A program made the translations under genes and the position numbers. DNA of 64,000 nucleotides, taken from the NCBI GenBank assembly GCA_037917685.1, contig JAVCBU010000006.1, positions 192,001 to 256,000 of the forward strand. The letters are read 5' to 3'. The first letter of the stretch is position 1. Every line of letters starts with the position of its first letter. Below, one piece after another: positions 37,429-47,067 of the stretch. The notes beneath the pieces were generated by a model, which made no database searches, had not been told where the DNA came from, and worked only from the letters and a program-made list of their open reading frames with translations. The stretch is from Thermoproteota archaeon. Its GTDB lineage: Archaea > Korarchaeota > Korarchaeia > Korarchaeales > JAOZGB01.

Positions 37429-38226
37429 GTGGAGATCAAAATTATTGATGCCTCAGAGCATCGGATAATATTTGAACTTTCAGATGCTAACCCGGCAATA
37501 GCCAACGCATTAAGGAGGACAATCATTTCTGAAGTTCCAACGATGGCTATCGACTACATAGTTGTGATAGAAAACAACACAATGTACTTTGACGAGCATA
37601 TAGCACATACACTTGGAATGATCCCCCTTACCACCGATCTTGAAAAGTATAATTTACCTGAGGAATGTGAATGCGGAGGATCCGGCTGCCCCCTCTGTAC
37701 TACTAGGCTTATTTTAGAGGTAGAAGCTAGAGAAGACAATACAATTGTATATTCGGGGGATCTTAAGCCCCAAGACCCGATGATAAAGCCAGTAAGATCC
37801 GATATCCCTCTATTCAAACTGAATAAACAAGACCGCATAGTTCTAGAAGCAATAGCGAGACTCGGTAGAGGAAAACAACATAGCAAATGGCAGCCAGTGG
37901 GGCCAATTGGCTATAAATACTACCCTATTGTTGAGATTGACAACTCCAAATGTAACTTATGCGGAGAGTGCATTAAGGTATGCAATAGGAGAGCCCTAAT
38001 CTTGAAAGATACAGAAATTGTTTTAGATCCATTAAAATGTTCCCTATGCAAGCTATGCGTTGAAGCATGCGACAGGAAAGCGATTTCATTAAAGATGGAC
38101 GATACAAGATTTATATTTCAATTTGAAACTACCGGTGCACTTAATCCTCAACAAATACTTCTAAAAGCCATAGAAATATTAGTCGATAAGCTTGAAAGCT
38201 TTAAAAAACAGGTAGCCGCAACGTAG
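37429..38226 (+). CDS. rpo3: RNA polymerase subunit Rpo3 (D) with ferredoxin-like domain
   Basis: ANALRR..SEVPTMAID and HSKWQP motifs; two CxxCxxCxxxC motifs. Confidence 0.95.
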   Translation: MEIKIIDASEHRIIFELSDANPAIANALRRTIISEVPTMAIDYIVVIENNTMYFDEHIAHTLGMIPLTTDLEKYNLPEECECGGSGCPLCTTRLILEVEAREDNTIVYSGDLKPQDPMIKPVRSDIPLFKLNKQDRIVLEAIARLGRGKQHSKWQPVGPIGYKYYPIVEIDNSKCNLCGECIKVCNRRALILKDTEIVLDPLKCSLCKLCVEACDRKAISLKMDDTRFIFQFETTGALNPQQILLKAIEILVDKLESFKKQVAAT

Positions 38227-38262
38227 CAAAATTTATAATACCCCCAGAGTATAAAATACCAT

Positions 38263-38359
38263 GCGGAGGTAGCCAAGCCTGGTCAAAGGCGCGGGAATGA
38301 GGAGAAACTTGTAGATCCCGTCCCTGAGGGGTTCGTGGGTTCGAATCCCACCCTCCGCA
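38263..38359 (+). tRNA. tRNA-Leu(GAG) with a 37/38 intron (38303-38314, 12 nt)
   Basis: GCGGAGG/CCTCCGC acceptor; CGGGA/TCCCG anticodon stem; long variable arm; TATA TTTATAA at about 38232. Confidence 0.9.
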
Positions 38360-38379
38360 CTTAATAAGGTGTCCACAAC

Positions 38380-38739
38380 ATGGCTCGAAAGAAGATAACG
38401 AAGACGAATCCTCTTCTAATAGAGATCGCTGAGAAACTCGCAGGGAGAAGAAAAGCCGGATTATGGAGGAAAGTTAGAGAAAGGATACTAAAACCCAGAA
38501 GGAAAAGAGCTGAGGTGAACTTGTGGAAGCTAAACAAGCTAACACAGCCCCGAGAAACAGTTGTTGTACCAGGAGTAGTCCTAGGGCACGGAACTCTAGA
38601 TCATCCCATAACAGTTGCTGCACTTAAATTCACAAGGAAAGCAAGAGAGAAAATACTAAAAAGCGGCGGTGAACCTCTTGAAATTCTAGAACTCTATGAT
38701 AAAAATCCTAAAGGTTCAAACATAAAAATAATCGTATAG
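38380..38739 (+). CDS. rpl18e: Ribosomal protein eL18
   Basis: TNP, EVNLWK, VVPGVVLG and NPKG motifs. Confidence 0.94.
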   Translation: MARKKITKTNPLLIEIAEKLAGRRKAGLWRKVRERILKPRRKRAEVNLWKLNKLTQPRETVVVPGVVLGHGTLDHPITVAALKFTRKAREKILKSGGEPLEILELYDKNPKGSNIKIIV

Positions 38740-38751
38740 AGTTGAGAAAAT

Positions 38752-39219
38752 ATGGCAACACCACAATTTGATATTATTATAGATGCCTCCGGACTAAAGC
38801 TCGGTAGAATGGCAAGCTATGTAGCCAAAAACCTTCTCTTAGGAAGAAGAATAGCTATAATAAACTGTGAAAAAGCCGTAATTTCCGGTTCGAAACATGA
38901 CATTCTTAAAAAATACCTAAAGAGACTAGAGATAAGAGGACAAAGCCGGCCGGAGAAAGGCCCAAGACACGTTAGAAGACCGGATAGAATAGTGTGGTAC
39001 GCCATTAGAGGCATGCTCCCGATAAAAAAAACTAAGGGGAAGGAAGCGCTTAAAAGACTAAGAGTATATATTGGAACCCCGAGCTGGGTGGATAACGCTA
39101 AAAAAGTCAGTCTCCCCGAATTCCATGTGGACAGACTTAAAGGTAAGTATATACCAAGATATGTAACAGTGGAGTGGATAAGCTACCAACTAGGATATAG
39201 GGGGTTAAAGAATGAGTGA
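38752..39219 (+). CDS. rpl13: Ribosomal protein uL13
   Basis: LGRMAS and IRGMLP motifs. Confidence 0.95.
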   Translation: MATPQFDIIIDASGLKLGRMASYVAKNLLLGRRIAIINCEKAVISGSKHDILKKYLKRLEIRGQSRPEKGPRHVRRPDRIVWYAIRGMLPIKKTKGKEALKRLRVYIGTPSWVDNAKKVSLPEFHVDRLKGKYIPRYVTVEWISYQLGYRGLKNE

Positions 39220-39634
39220 TAACGAGCAGATCAAGACAGCTTTTGCATCTGCTAAAAGAAAAACGTCTAAAGCATTTGTCACAATAACTCCAGGAAGTGG
39301 AAGACTTCTCATAAACAGTATGCCATTAAATGTTTTCTGCACTAACAGGATATCCGTTATGAGAATACAGGAGCCGCTTCTTCTCATAGACGATAAACTG
39401 AGGAACAGCATAGATATCAAGGTTAAAGTGAAAGGGGGGGGATTCATGAGCCAGGCTGATGCAATTAGAACCGCCATAGCTAAAGCTATAGTGAGATACA
39501 CGGGGTCCGAAGAATTAAAGAAAACATTTATAGAGTACGACAGACACCTACTTGTCGAAGACCCGAGGAGGACCGAACCAAAGAAATACGGCGGTCCTTC
39601 AGCTAGGGCTCGTGTTCAAAAATCATACAGGTAG
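39212..39634 (+). CDS. rps9: Ribosomal protein uS9
   Basis: DPRRTEPKKYGGPSARARVQKSYR motif. Confidence 0.96.
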   Translation: MSDNEQIKTAFASAKRKTSKAFVTITPGSGRLLINSMPLNVFCTNRISVMRIQEPLLLIDDKLRNSIDIKVKVKGGGFMSQADAIRTAIAKAIVRYTGSEELKKTFIEYDRHLLVEDPRRTEPKKYGGPSARARVQKSYR

Positions 39635-40033
39635 ATGTACATGTCAATGTATAAGGATGTTGGTTCCCTGAAAAAGGGTGGTTACGTCATTATTGATGGC
39701 GAGCCATGTGAAGTTGTCTCAGTAGAAAAGTCAAAGCCAGGGAAGCACGGGTCAGCTAAGGTTAGACTAGTGGCAGTAGGCCTATTTGACGATGTCAAAA
39801 GAGATATGGTTGCACCAGCCGACAAAAAGGTTGAAGTTCCCATCGTTGAGAAGAAGAAAGCGCAGGTAATATCAACCGCCCCTGATTCCATACAAATAAT
39901 GGATCTAGAAACATACAATACATTTGAAGTTAAACCTCCAACAGATCAGGATCTTCTTTCTAAACTTAAACCAGGAGTTGAAGTAGAATACTGGGAGAGT
40001 ATGGGGAAAGTAAAGATAGTCAGACTGTTATAA
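39635..40033 (+). CDS. eif5a: Translation factor aIF5A
   Basis: Hypusine motif KPGKHGSAK. Confidence 0.96.
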   Translation: MYMSMYKDVGSLKKGGYVIIDGEPCEVVSVEKSKPGKHGSAKVRLVAVGLFDDVKRDMVAPADKKVEVPIVEKKKAQVISTAPDSIQIMDLETYNTFEVKPPTDQDLLSKLKPGVEVEYWESMGKVKIVRLL

Positions 40034-40044
40034 GGGAAGCATAA

Positions 40045-41376
40045 GTGGTACTTAAGGAAGTAGGGATATCTCTGAATAAAGCTGTAAGGCGGTTCCTAGG
40101 GCTCCCTCTGCCCGATGAGAAAGCAGTCAATGAATTTATTAAAGATGTCCAAAGAATTCTAATCAAAGCAGATGTAAACGTAGAGCTAGTTTACAAGCTA
40201 ACGTCGAAGATAAAAGAAAAATCACTTAAGGCGGAAGTGCCAATTGGATTTAGCCGTAGGGACGTAGCTGTTAAGACATTATATGAGGAATTAATCAATC
40301 TGCTAGGAGAAAGGCAGAGAAAACTACCAATAAAACCCGGAAAAATAAATACCCTCCTATTTGTGGGTATAGAAGGCTCCGGCAAGACCACTGTTGTAGC
40401 CAAACTAGCTAGACTTCTAGATAAACAGTACGGTAGGGTCGGGGTAATCTCTACTGATACGATAAGACCAGCAGCCAACATACAGCTTGAACAAATGCTA
40501 CCTGAAAGTATTCCTGTATATTTTAATCCTAACAAAAAACCTGTAGAGATAGCGATTGATGGTATAAAAAGGTATAAGTCAAAGGGATACAATATCATTC
40601 TCATCGACACCGCCGGCCGACACAGAAATGAGAAAGACCTGATAAATGAAATGGTTGAACTCGAAAAAAAGATTAAACCAGATATAGTTATCCTGGTAGT
40701 CGATGCTACCATAGGCCAAGCAGCATACGCTCAAGCTAAAGCTTTCTCTGGAGCAACGAATGTGGGCGCAGTAATTGTAACAAAACTTGATAGTACAGCT
40801 AAAGGTGGAGGAGCCCTTTCAGCAGTTGCGGCAACAGGAGCTCCAATAGTATATGTTACTTCTGGAGAATCTCTTGATGATATAGAAGAATTTAACCCTC
40901 AGAGGTTTGTGTCAAGACTTCTAGGAATGGGAGACATTGAAGAGCTTGTAAAAAGAATGGAAGAAGCAAGCGTTGAAATAACACCCGAGGATATAAGAAA
41001 AATAGCCTCAGGAAAATTCACACTGCTTGACTTTAAAAACCAGATAGATCAGCTTGGTAAGTTAGGCCCTCTTAGCAAACTCATCGACCTTATCCCAGGA
41101 TTTAGCTTTAATCTACCATCCGAATTTGGATATCAAGCTCAGGACAAGATGAAAAAATGGGGGGTGATACTAAAATCAATGACTAAAGAGGAGTTGGAGA
41201 ATCCGGAGCTTATCAAAAGAACAAGAATCATCCGAATTGCAAGAGGCTCAGGAGTCACTGTAAGAGATGTTAAAGAACTGTTAAAGGCTTATCATACAAT
41301 GAAGAAAACTCTAAGCTCTATGGGACGGCGAGACATGAGAAAACTTATGAAAAAACTTGGGATGAAGGGGATGTAA
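40045..41376 (+). CDS. srp54: SRP54
   Basis: GSGKTT, DTAGR and TKLD motifs; Met-rich M domain with RIARGSG. Confidence 0.96.
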   Translation: MVLKEVGISLNKAVRRFLGLPLPDEKAVNEFIKDVQRILIKADVNVELVYKLTSKIKEKSLKAEVPIGFSRRDVAVKTLYEELINLLGERQRKLPIKPGKINTLLFVGIEGSGKTTVVAKLARLLDKQYGRVGVISTDTIRPAANIQLEQMLPESIPVYFNPNKKPVEIAIDGIKRYKSKGYNIILIDTAGRHRNEKDLINEMVELEKKIKPDIVILVVDATIGQAAYAQAKAFSGATNVGAVIVTKLDSTAKGGGALSAVAATGAPIVYVTSGESLDDIEEFNPQRFVSRLLGMGDIEELVKRMEEASVEITPEDIRKIASGKFTLLDFKNQIDQLGKLGPLSKLIDLIPGFSFNLPSEFGYQAQDKMKKWGVILKSMTKEELENPELIKRTRIIRIARGSGVTVRDVKELLKAYHTMKKTLSSMGRRDMRKLMKKLGMKGM

Positions 41377-41380
41377 GTAC

Positions 41381-42586
41381 TTGCCTACGATAGAGGATCT
41401 AAAATCACTATTGGCTACATACAAACTTTGTAACAGGTGTCTTGGGAGGCAGTTTTACTACGCATGCCTATGGATTCCAACAGAAATCAAGGGGAAAATC
41501 GTGAAGGAGATAGCTGATTTCACCACGGTTGAGGAGGAGAAAGACTGCTATATCTGTGGGGGGCTTATATACCAGTTGGAAAGCATTGGAGAGAGAATCC
41601 TCGACAAGTTAGGAGAATACGAGTTTGAGAGCTTTAAGATTGGCACCATCTTCCCAGCGGATGTGCTTGAAAGGGAGGACGAGATTAGAAGTTTAATTTA
41701 TCCGATAGATGCTGCCAGTATCAAAGTTGAATTTAACCAGTACCTAGACAGCTTTGTACATAGTAAAACTAAGGCCGTAATAAATAATCGAGATCCGGAC
41801 GTAAAGATAACAGTGAACATACCTTACGATGCAATATATGTCGAAGTTAAACCCATAGTCATTGCTGGCCGCTACCTTAAATATGAAAGAAACATTCCTC
41901 AAACATCATGGGCGTGTAGACACTGCAAGGGAATAGGCTGTGAGGCGTGTAACTGGACTGGTAAAGAGTATGGAACATCAATTGAGGATTTACTAATTAA
42001 CATCATCCTCCCATACTTTGAGGGCGAGAGGGCTATTCTTCATGCGGGAGGAAGGGAAGACGTAGATGTAAGAGTTTTAGGGTCCGGTAGGCCCTTTGCA
42101 TTAGAGATAATTACACCTAAGAAAAGGAATGTCGATCTTGAAAAGGTGGAAAAGGACCTCAATGAAAAATATGAGGGTGTAATAGAGGTTAAAGGGTTAA
42201 GGTACGTCGATAAAAGCTATATTGGCAAAGTTAAGAGTGAAATGGAGAAAGCCGTCAAGACTTATCTTGCTCTAGTAAAATCTGACGATCCAATAGACGA
42301 TGTAGCCATAGGAAAGGTTGTCAAAAGACTTAAAGGGGCGCTGATCCATCAGAGAACACCAAGAAGAGTTGCACATAGAAGGGTTGACAGAGTTAGGCTT
42401 AAAAGGATCTACGATATAAGTATTCAGAGGGTATCGGAAAACATGTTTAAGATGACAGTAAAGTGTGAGGGAGGAACATACGTGAAGGAGCTGATAACAG
42501 GTGATGATGGTAGAACAAAACCAAGTGTCAGTGGCATACTGGGTTTAAAGGTGGAATGCATTCAGCTGGATGTGATAGATATATAG
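41381..42586 (+). CDS. pus10: tRNA pseudouridine(54/55) synthase Pus10
   Basis: LCxxCLGRQF, THUMP domain, GREDVD and GTYVKELI motifs. Confidence 0.93.
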   Translation: MPTIEDLKSLLATYKLCNRCLGRQFYYACLWIPTEIKGKIVKEIADFTTVEEEKDCYICGGLIYQLESIGERILDKLGEYEFESFKIGTIFPADVLEREDEIRSLIYPIDAASIKVEFNQYLDSFVHSKTKAVINNRDPDVKITVNIPYDAIYVEVKPIVIAGRYLKYERNIPQTSWACRHCKGIGCEACNWTGKEYGTSIEDLLINIILPYFEGERAILHAGGREDVDVRVLGSGRPFALEIITPKKRNVDLEKVEKDLNEKYEGVIEVKGLRYVDKSYIGKVKSEMEKAVKTYLALVKSDDPIDDVAIGKVVKRLKGALIHQRTPRRVAHRRVDRVRLKRIYDISIQRVSENMFKMTVKCEGGTYVKELITGDDGRTKPSVSGILGLKVECIQLDVIDI

Positions 42587-42889
42587 GTGAGCCTAATGGT
42601 GAAAAGGAGTAAAGGTTTTTTGTCGAGATCTAGAAAATTCCTAACGAAAAAGCCAAGGGAAAGAGGGCTTCCCGGAGTCTCGAGATTCCTACAAGAATTC
42701 AAAATCGGTGAGAAAGTGTATATCGACGTAGAACCAGCAGTTAGGAATGCAATGCCGCACAGGAGATACCAGGGTAAAACCGGGATAGTTACAGGCAAAA
42801 GGGGAAGAGCATACCTAGTTGATGTTAAAGTGGGCTCAAAGGTAAAACATCTTATAATTCACCCTGTTCACTTGAAGCCGGTGAGGTAA
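42587..42889 (+). CDS. rpl21e: Ribosomal protein eL21
   Basis: MPHRRYQGKTG motif. Confidence 0.95.
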   Translation: MSLMVKRSKGFLSRSRKFLTKKPRERGLPGVSRFLQEFKIGEKVYIDVEPAVRNAMPHRRYQGKTGIVTGKRGRAYLVDVKVGSKVKHLIIHPVHLKPVR

Positions 42890-43228
42890 ATGGAAATAGT
42901 AGAGAAGACATCGGTTCTATCAGCTCCGGAGGTCAGGTCGATACTCCTAAAGTTATGGGAAAATAAGGGTGTAGAGAATCTGACAAAAACACAAAGGATG
43001 ACAATGGAATATCTAAACCAGTTTTCAGATATTAACCCGGATAAGGCACGGGCGGCAGTAAAAAAACTCATGGATCTTGGTTTAAAAGAGGAAGATGCTG
43101 CCATGCTTGTAGGTTTGAAAATTAAAAAGCGAGAGGAAGTTAGGACAGCCCTATTCGTAGCCTATCCCTTGTTGACAGGTAAAACATATGATGAAATTAT
43201 AAAAATACTCTCAGAGATTCGGGATTAG
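42890..43228 (+). CDS. rpo4: RNA polymerase subunit Rpo4 (F)
   Basis: Helical HRDC-like protein in the conserved rpl21e-rpo4-DUF655 order. Confidence 0.8.
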   Translation: MEIVEKTSVLSAPEVRSILLKLWENKGVENLTKTQRMTMEYLNQFSDINPDKARAAVKKLMDLGLKEEDAAMLVGLKIKKREEVRTALFVAYPLLTGKTYDEIIKILSEIRD

Positions 43229-43238
43229 GGGGCTTAAA

Positions 43239-43826
43239 GTGGGTAGCAGAACGCCCAAACTTCTTGAAGAGCATGGTATAATACTTAATATTTATAGAAG
43301 GAGGGTTGAGAAACGCATGAGGACTGTTGCTGAAGCGATAGGGACAAAATACTTTACGCTTCTGGAACTTTTGATCCTAGAAGGCGTTAATATTGAAGTT
43401 GGTGAAAAAGTCTACATAGGAAGAGGCTTCCGGCTCAAAGTTGAAGCAGTCCTGAGAGTGTTGAGATACGAAGAATTATCCTCTCTTGCTCGAATGGAAC
43501 TTGAGAATGCCGTTAGAAAAATTGTAGAGGAGAACGAAGAGAGATTTTTGTCATTTTTCAATAAAAGTAAACCTATAAACATACGTATTCATGAACTGAA
43601 TCTTCTTCCAGGTATTGGAAGGAAGACTATGTGGAAGATACTTGATGAACGTTCTAAAAAGCCATTCACCAGTTTTGATGACCTAGAAGAAAGAACGGAC
43701 GTTCGCAACCCAAAGGGGGCGATAATACAGAGGATATTGGAGGAACTTCAAACGAAATGTAGACATTCCCTTTTTGTTGCTAAGCCGCTCGAAAGACAAT
43801 ATCCAAGGTTTATTTATAACTCGTAA
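43239..43826 (+). CDS. DUF655 putative RNA-binding protein
   Basis: FTLLEL, HELNLLPGIG (HhH) and PFTSFDD motifs. Confidence 0.88.
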   Translation: MGSRTPKLLEEHGIILNIYRRRVEKRMRTVAEAIGTKYFTLLELLILEGVNIEVGEKVYIGRGFRLKVEAVLRVLRYEELSSLARMELENAVRKIVEENEERFLSFFNKSKPINIRIHELNLLPGIGRKTMWKILDERSKKPFTSFDDLEERTDVRNPKGAIIQRILEELQTKCRHSLFVAKPLERQYPRFIYNS

Positions 43827-44062
43827 GCTCTTCTTTTCTTAGATCTTGGAAATTCGATCATCATATCTTCTAGTAGCTTCATAACTGCGTCCTCACGATG
43901 TGTAGGTTTAACCTCCCCCTCCTTCGGATTACTTGGATTCCTGACAACATTAAAAAGCCCGGATCCGCAGTTTGGGCATCTGAGCTTACCATCCTTTGTC
44001 CTCAGCTCTTCATCAGTAAAGAGTTTCCCGCATACTCTGCATCTTCTTAAGATGCTTGACAA
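43814..44062 (-). CDS. Small Zn-ribbon protein
   Basis: CRVCG...CPNCG motifs. Confidence 0.7.
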   Translation of the reverse strand: MSSILRRCRVCGKLFTDEELRTKDGKLRCPNCGSGLFNVVRNPSNPKEGEVKPTHREDAVMKLLEDMMIEFPRSKKRRAYEL

Positions 44063-44130
44063 TGTTATCCACTATATGGAATCTTTACTTTCTTTAAAAG
44101 ATATGTGAACTATCAATTAGGTGAACTACG

Positions 44131-45699
44131 TTGACAGACACCAAACCTATAATTCCAGACTTAAATTCAATATTGTACTCCCTGATACTGAAAGAAGAAG
44201 GGTTAGACCGTATTAGAAATAGAAAAATCATAATTCCCTCATCCTATGTAAGATTGTTTGTCAAAAGGTCAGAGGAAGGAGACAAATGGGCTTTAGATGG
44301 GCTTAAAACCATCCAGAAACTTAGAATCATGTTCAAAAAGGGTATAATAGCCGGTTTAGACATAGTAGACTCCCCTATAATGCCCCAAGACCGTCTTTTA
44401 CCATTGCTTGCATCTAAATATAATGCGGTCATTATCACTGGAGACTACATACTATATCAGATGCTTGTGACACTGGACATAAACACAATCTACATCGGTC
44501 CACCAATAGGTCAGATAGAAGCGTTAAAGTATTTTGATGCTCAGACTTTGAGCATTCATCTAAAAGAAGGCGCGAAGCCCCTGGCAAAGAAGGGTAAGCC
44601 AGGAAGCTTTAACCTAGTGGAGTTATCTAATAAGGTTTTAACAAGAGAAGACATGCTTAGAATGGCGTATGAAGTCATAGAGAGTTCAAATATAGACCCG
44701 AATACAACAATTGAAATTAAAAGACGGGGAGCCTATGTAATACAGAAGGGGGAATACAGGATCTCAGTATCATTCCCACCCTTCTCTGACGGAATCGAAA
44801 TAACTGCTGTTCGACCACTTGTAAGAGTTCTACTGGAGGACTACGACCTCAGCGACAAGTTAAAAAAGAGGATTAGGGAGAGAGCAGCTGGCATAATAAT
44901 AGCCGGTCCGCCAGGATCTGGTAAGACAACCTTTGCAAGTGCTCTCATAGAATTCTACAGAAGAAACAGGAAAATAGTGAAAACCCTTGAATCACCCAGA
45001 GATTTACAGGTAGATCCAGAAGTGACGCAGTATACAAGGCTGGAGGGAAGCTTCGAGAAGACAGCCGATCTACTACTCCTTGTTAGGCCGGATTACGTCT
45101 GCTTTGATGAAATGCGTAAAACTGGAGACTTCAAAATCTATACAGACATGCGTCTTGCAGGTATAGGAATGATAGGTGTAGTTCACTGCGGGTCCCCTAT
45201 CGAAGCAATTCAGAGATTTATAGGTAGAGTCGACCTTGGACTACTCCCTCACATAGTAGACACAATAATATTCATAGAAAATGGGAGGATAAAAGAAGTT
45301 TTGAGCCTTGAGATAACAGTTAAGCTCCCTGAAGGAATGAAGGATAGAGCCTTAGCTAGGCCTGTTATAGTTGTAAGAGATTTTGAATCTGGCAATCCAA
45401 TATATGAAATATACTCGTTTGCAGATGAGGTTATAATATTCCCTGTTGGGAGGAGAAAGCAGCCTATAAAGGGTGAAGTCGTTCCATACCAGTATAGACG
45501 TAGAAAGAAAACGCTTCAGTTGATGTTTCCACCATCATATGCAGGAAAACATATTTCATTGTACTCGAATAAGGTGAGGCTAGGAAGCAGATTAGCTGAC
45601 GACAAAGCTACTATAGTTATACCACTCAGATCTAAGCTTGGAAAAGTATTGCTTAAAGCACTTAGGGAGGGTATTCTCGAAGTTAGGTCTGAGGAGTAA
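44131..45699 (+). CDS. PINA (PIN domain plus VirB11/PilT-like ATPase)
   Basis: GPPGSGKT, ESPRDL, RPD...DEMR and GMIGVVH motifs. Confidence 0.88.
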   Translation: MTDTKPIIPDLNSILYSLILKEEGLDRIRNRKIIIPSSYVRLFVKRSEEGDKWALDGLKTIQKLRIMFKKGIIAGLDIVDSPIMPQDRLLPLLASKYNAVIITGDYILYQMLVTLDINTIYIGPPIGQIEALKYFDAQTLSIHLKEGAKPLAKKGKPGSFNLVELSNKVLTREDMLRMAYEVIESSNIDPNTTIEIKRRGAYVIQKGEYRISVSFPPFSDGIEITAVRPLVRVLLEDYDLSDKLKKRIRERAAGIIIAGPPGSGKTTFASALIEFYRRNRKIVKTLESPRDLQVDPEVTQYTRLEGSFEKTADLLLLVRPDYVCFDEMRKTGDFKIYTDMRLAGIGMIGVVHCGSPIEAIQRFIGRVDLGLLPHIVDTIIFIENGRIKEVLSLEITVKLPEGMKDRALARPVIVVRDFESGNPIYEIYSFADEVIIFPVGRRKQPIKGEVVPYQYRRRKKTLQLMFPPSYAGKHISLYSNKVRLGSRLADDKATIVIPLRSKLGKVLLKALREGILEVRSEE

Positions 45700-46207
45700 G
45701 TGAATAAATAGTCCTGAGCCTCTCAGCAGCGTTTATCTCATTTAAAAACTCTGCTACAGAGGCTGGGACAAGAGGTTCCCACCTCTCGCCGTTTAAAATT
45801 TTCATTCTTATTTTCGTTGCTTCATAAATTTCTCTTTTGTAAAAAGGTATAGGCTCGACTTTTACATTCAAATCCGCAATCTCACGTTTAGTCCATGGGT
45901 CATTAGTAAATACAACATCAAAGCTTGGACACCTAGATTTAACTATCTCAGACCATTTTTCACCTGGTCTCGAATCAGGGATAGCAGTAATACACAACCT
46001 TCCAAAATCAACATTCACCTCTTTTAACGCTAAAACAACCATTGTAAATCTCTCACTGATAGAAAAGGGATTCTTAACCGTATCTTTAAACTGTGAACTA
46101 CCGATCCCTATGATCAAGAAGTTAACTTTTGAAAGGCAATACTCTACAGCCCTAAGATGACCGTAGTGGAAAGGTTGGAATCGGCCGATATACAAGCCTC
46201 TAATCAA
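45683..46207 (-). CDS. nadM: Nicotinamide-nucleotide adenylyltransferase
   Basis: GRFQPFHYGH and NPF motifs. Confidence 0.92.
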   Translation of the reverse strand: MIRGLYIGRFQPFHYGHLRAVEYCLSKVNFLIIGIGSSQFKDTVKNPFSISERFTMVVLALKEVNVDFGRLCITAIPDSRPGEKWSEIVKSRCPSFDVVFTNDPWTKREIADLNVKVEPIPFYKREIYEATKIRMKILNGERWEPLVPASVAEFLNEINAAERLRTIYSLTPQT

Positions 46208-46859
46208 ATCCTAACACCCTCAACCTGTGAAAAATGGTTACCTTTATTATAAGACTTAGAGGGGTAATCACCCCCACAGGCATAGTTAAGCCCTGGCTAA
46301 TACTTTTAAGAATATTATCAAGCTCAAAATCAGCTTCGACTATGGTATAAGCATTTCCAACCTCCCATACTGAGTGGGCGTCGCTACCTCCTACACAGCT
46401 TAATCCAAGAGCCTTACACTTTTTCTCGGCTTTTCGATTCTCAAATCCTCTAGCTCGAGCATTTAAAGTCTCAATACCGTTGAAATCTAACCTTAACATA
46501 TAATCTCCTAAGCTCCCTCTCGAAAGTATAGAATACGGATGGGCGGCGATGGCTAACCCACCTCGTTCATGTATCTCATCCACGACTTCTTCTGGTTCTA
46601 CGTCAGGCCGAATTTCATCGTACACCCCCAGAGCAAGGATGTCTCCTCTTTTGCTTCTGACTTCAATGCCTGGGATAACAATGAAGTTATCAATCTTTTT
46701 GGCTATTTTAATCGCTTCTAAGCTTCCAGCGATAGTGTTATGATCTGTAATAGCAATTCCATCCAGCCCTTTGGATTTTGCAACCTTAATTAAGCTATAT
46801 ACGTCATGTATTCCATCGGAAAAGGTACTATGAACGTGAAGGTCTATTTTAACTTTCAA
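46200..46859 (-). CDS. PHP-domain phosphoesterase
   Basis: DLHVHS..SDG, ITDH, AHP and GSDAH motifs. Confidence 0.9.
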   Translation of the reverse strand: MKVKIDLHVHSTFSDGIHDVYSLIKVAKSKGLDGIAITDHNTIAGSLEAIKIAKKIDNFIVIPGIEVRSKRGDILALGVYDEIRPDVEPEEVVDEIHERGGLAIAAHPYSILSRGSLGDYMLRLDFNGIETLNARARGFENRKAEKKCKALGLSCVGGSDAHSVWEVGNAYTIVEADFELDNILKSISQGLTMPVGVITPLSLIIKVTIFHRLRVLGFD

Positions 46860-47067
46860 ACCTACATCCCCCGTGTAGATAGTTTTAGTTCAGTTGCCTG
46901 CATAATTTTAAACTTAACAAGCTAAATTCAATCATACACCAATCAGTCTGTGCATGAAAGACAACTCCATGTTGATTTAAAACTCACATAGCGGTTTCCT
47001 AACACAGCTTGATATCGTTCATCCATAACATTAAGATTTTAAGATCGTCCGGCTTAGATGTGTTAAC

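Noticed and set aside
43814-44062. Zn-ribbon protein as Rpo12 (P)
   Set aside because: Longer than Rpo12 and lacks its typical basic C-terminal signature
46984-47026. Possible box C/D sRNA or 27-aa ORF in the PHP-HMGR spacer
   Set aside because: Boxes are too degenerate (no CUGA) and there is no supporting evidence for translation
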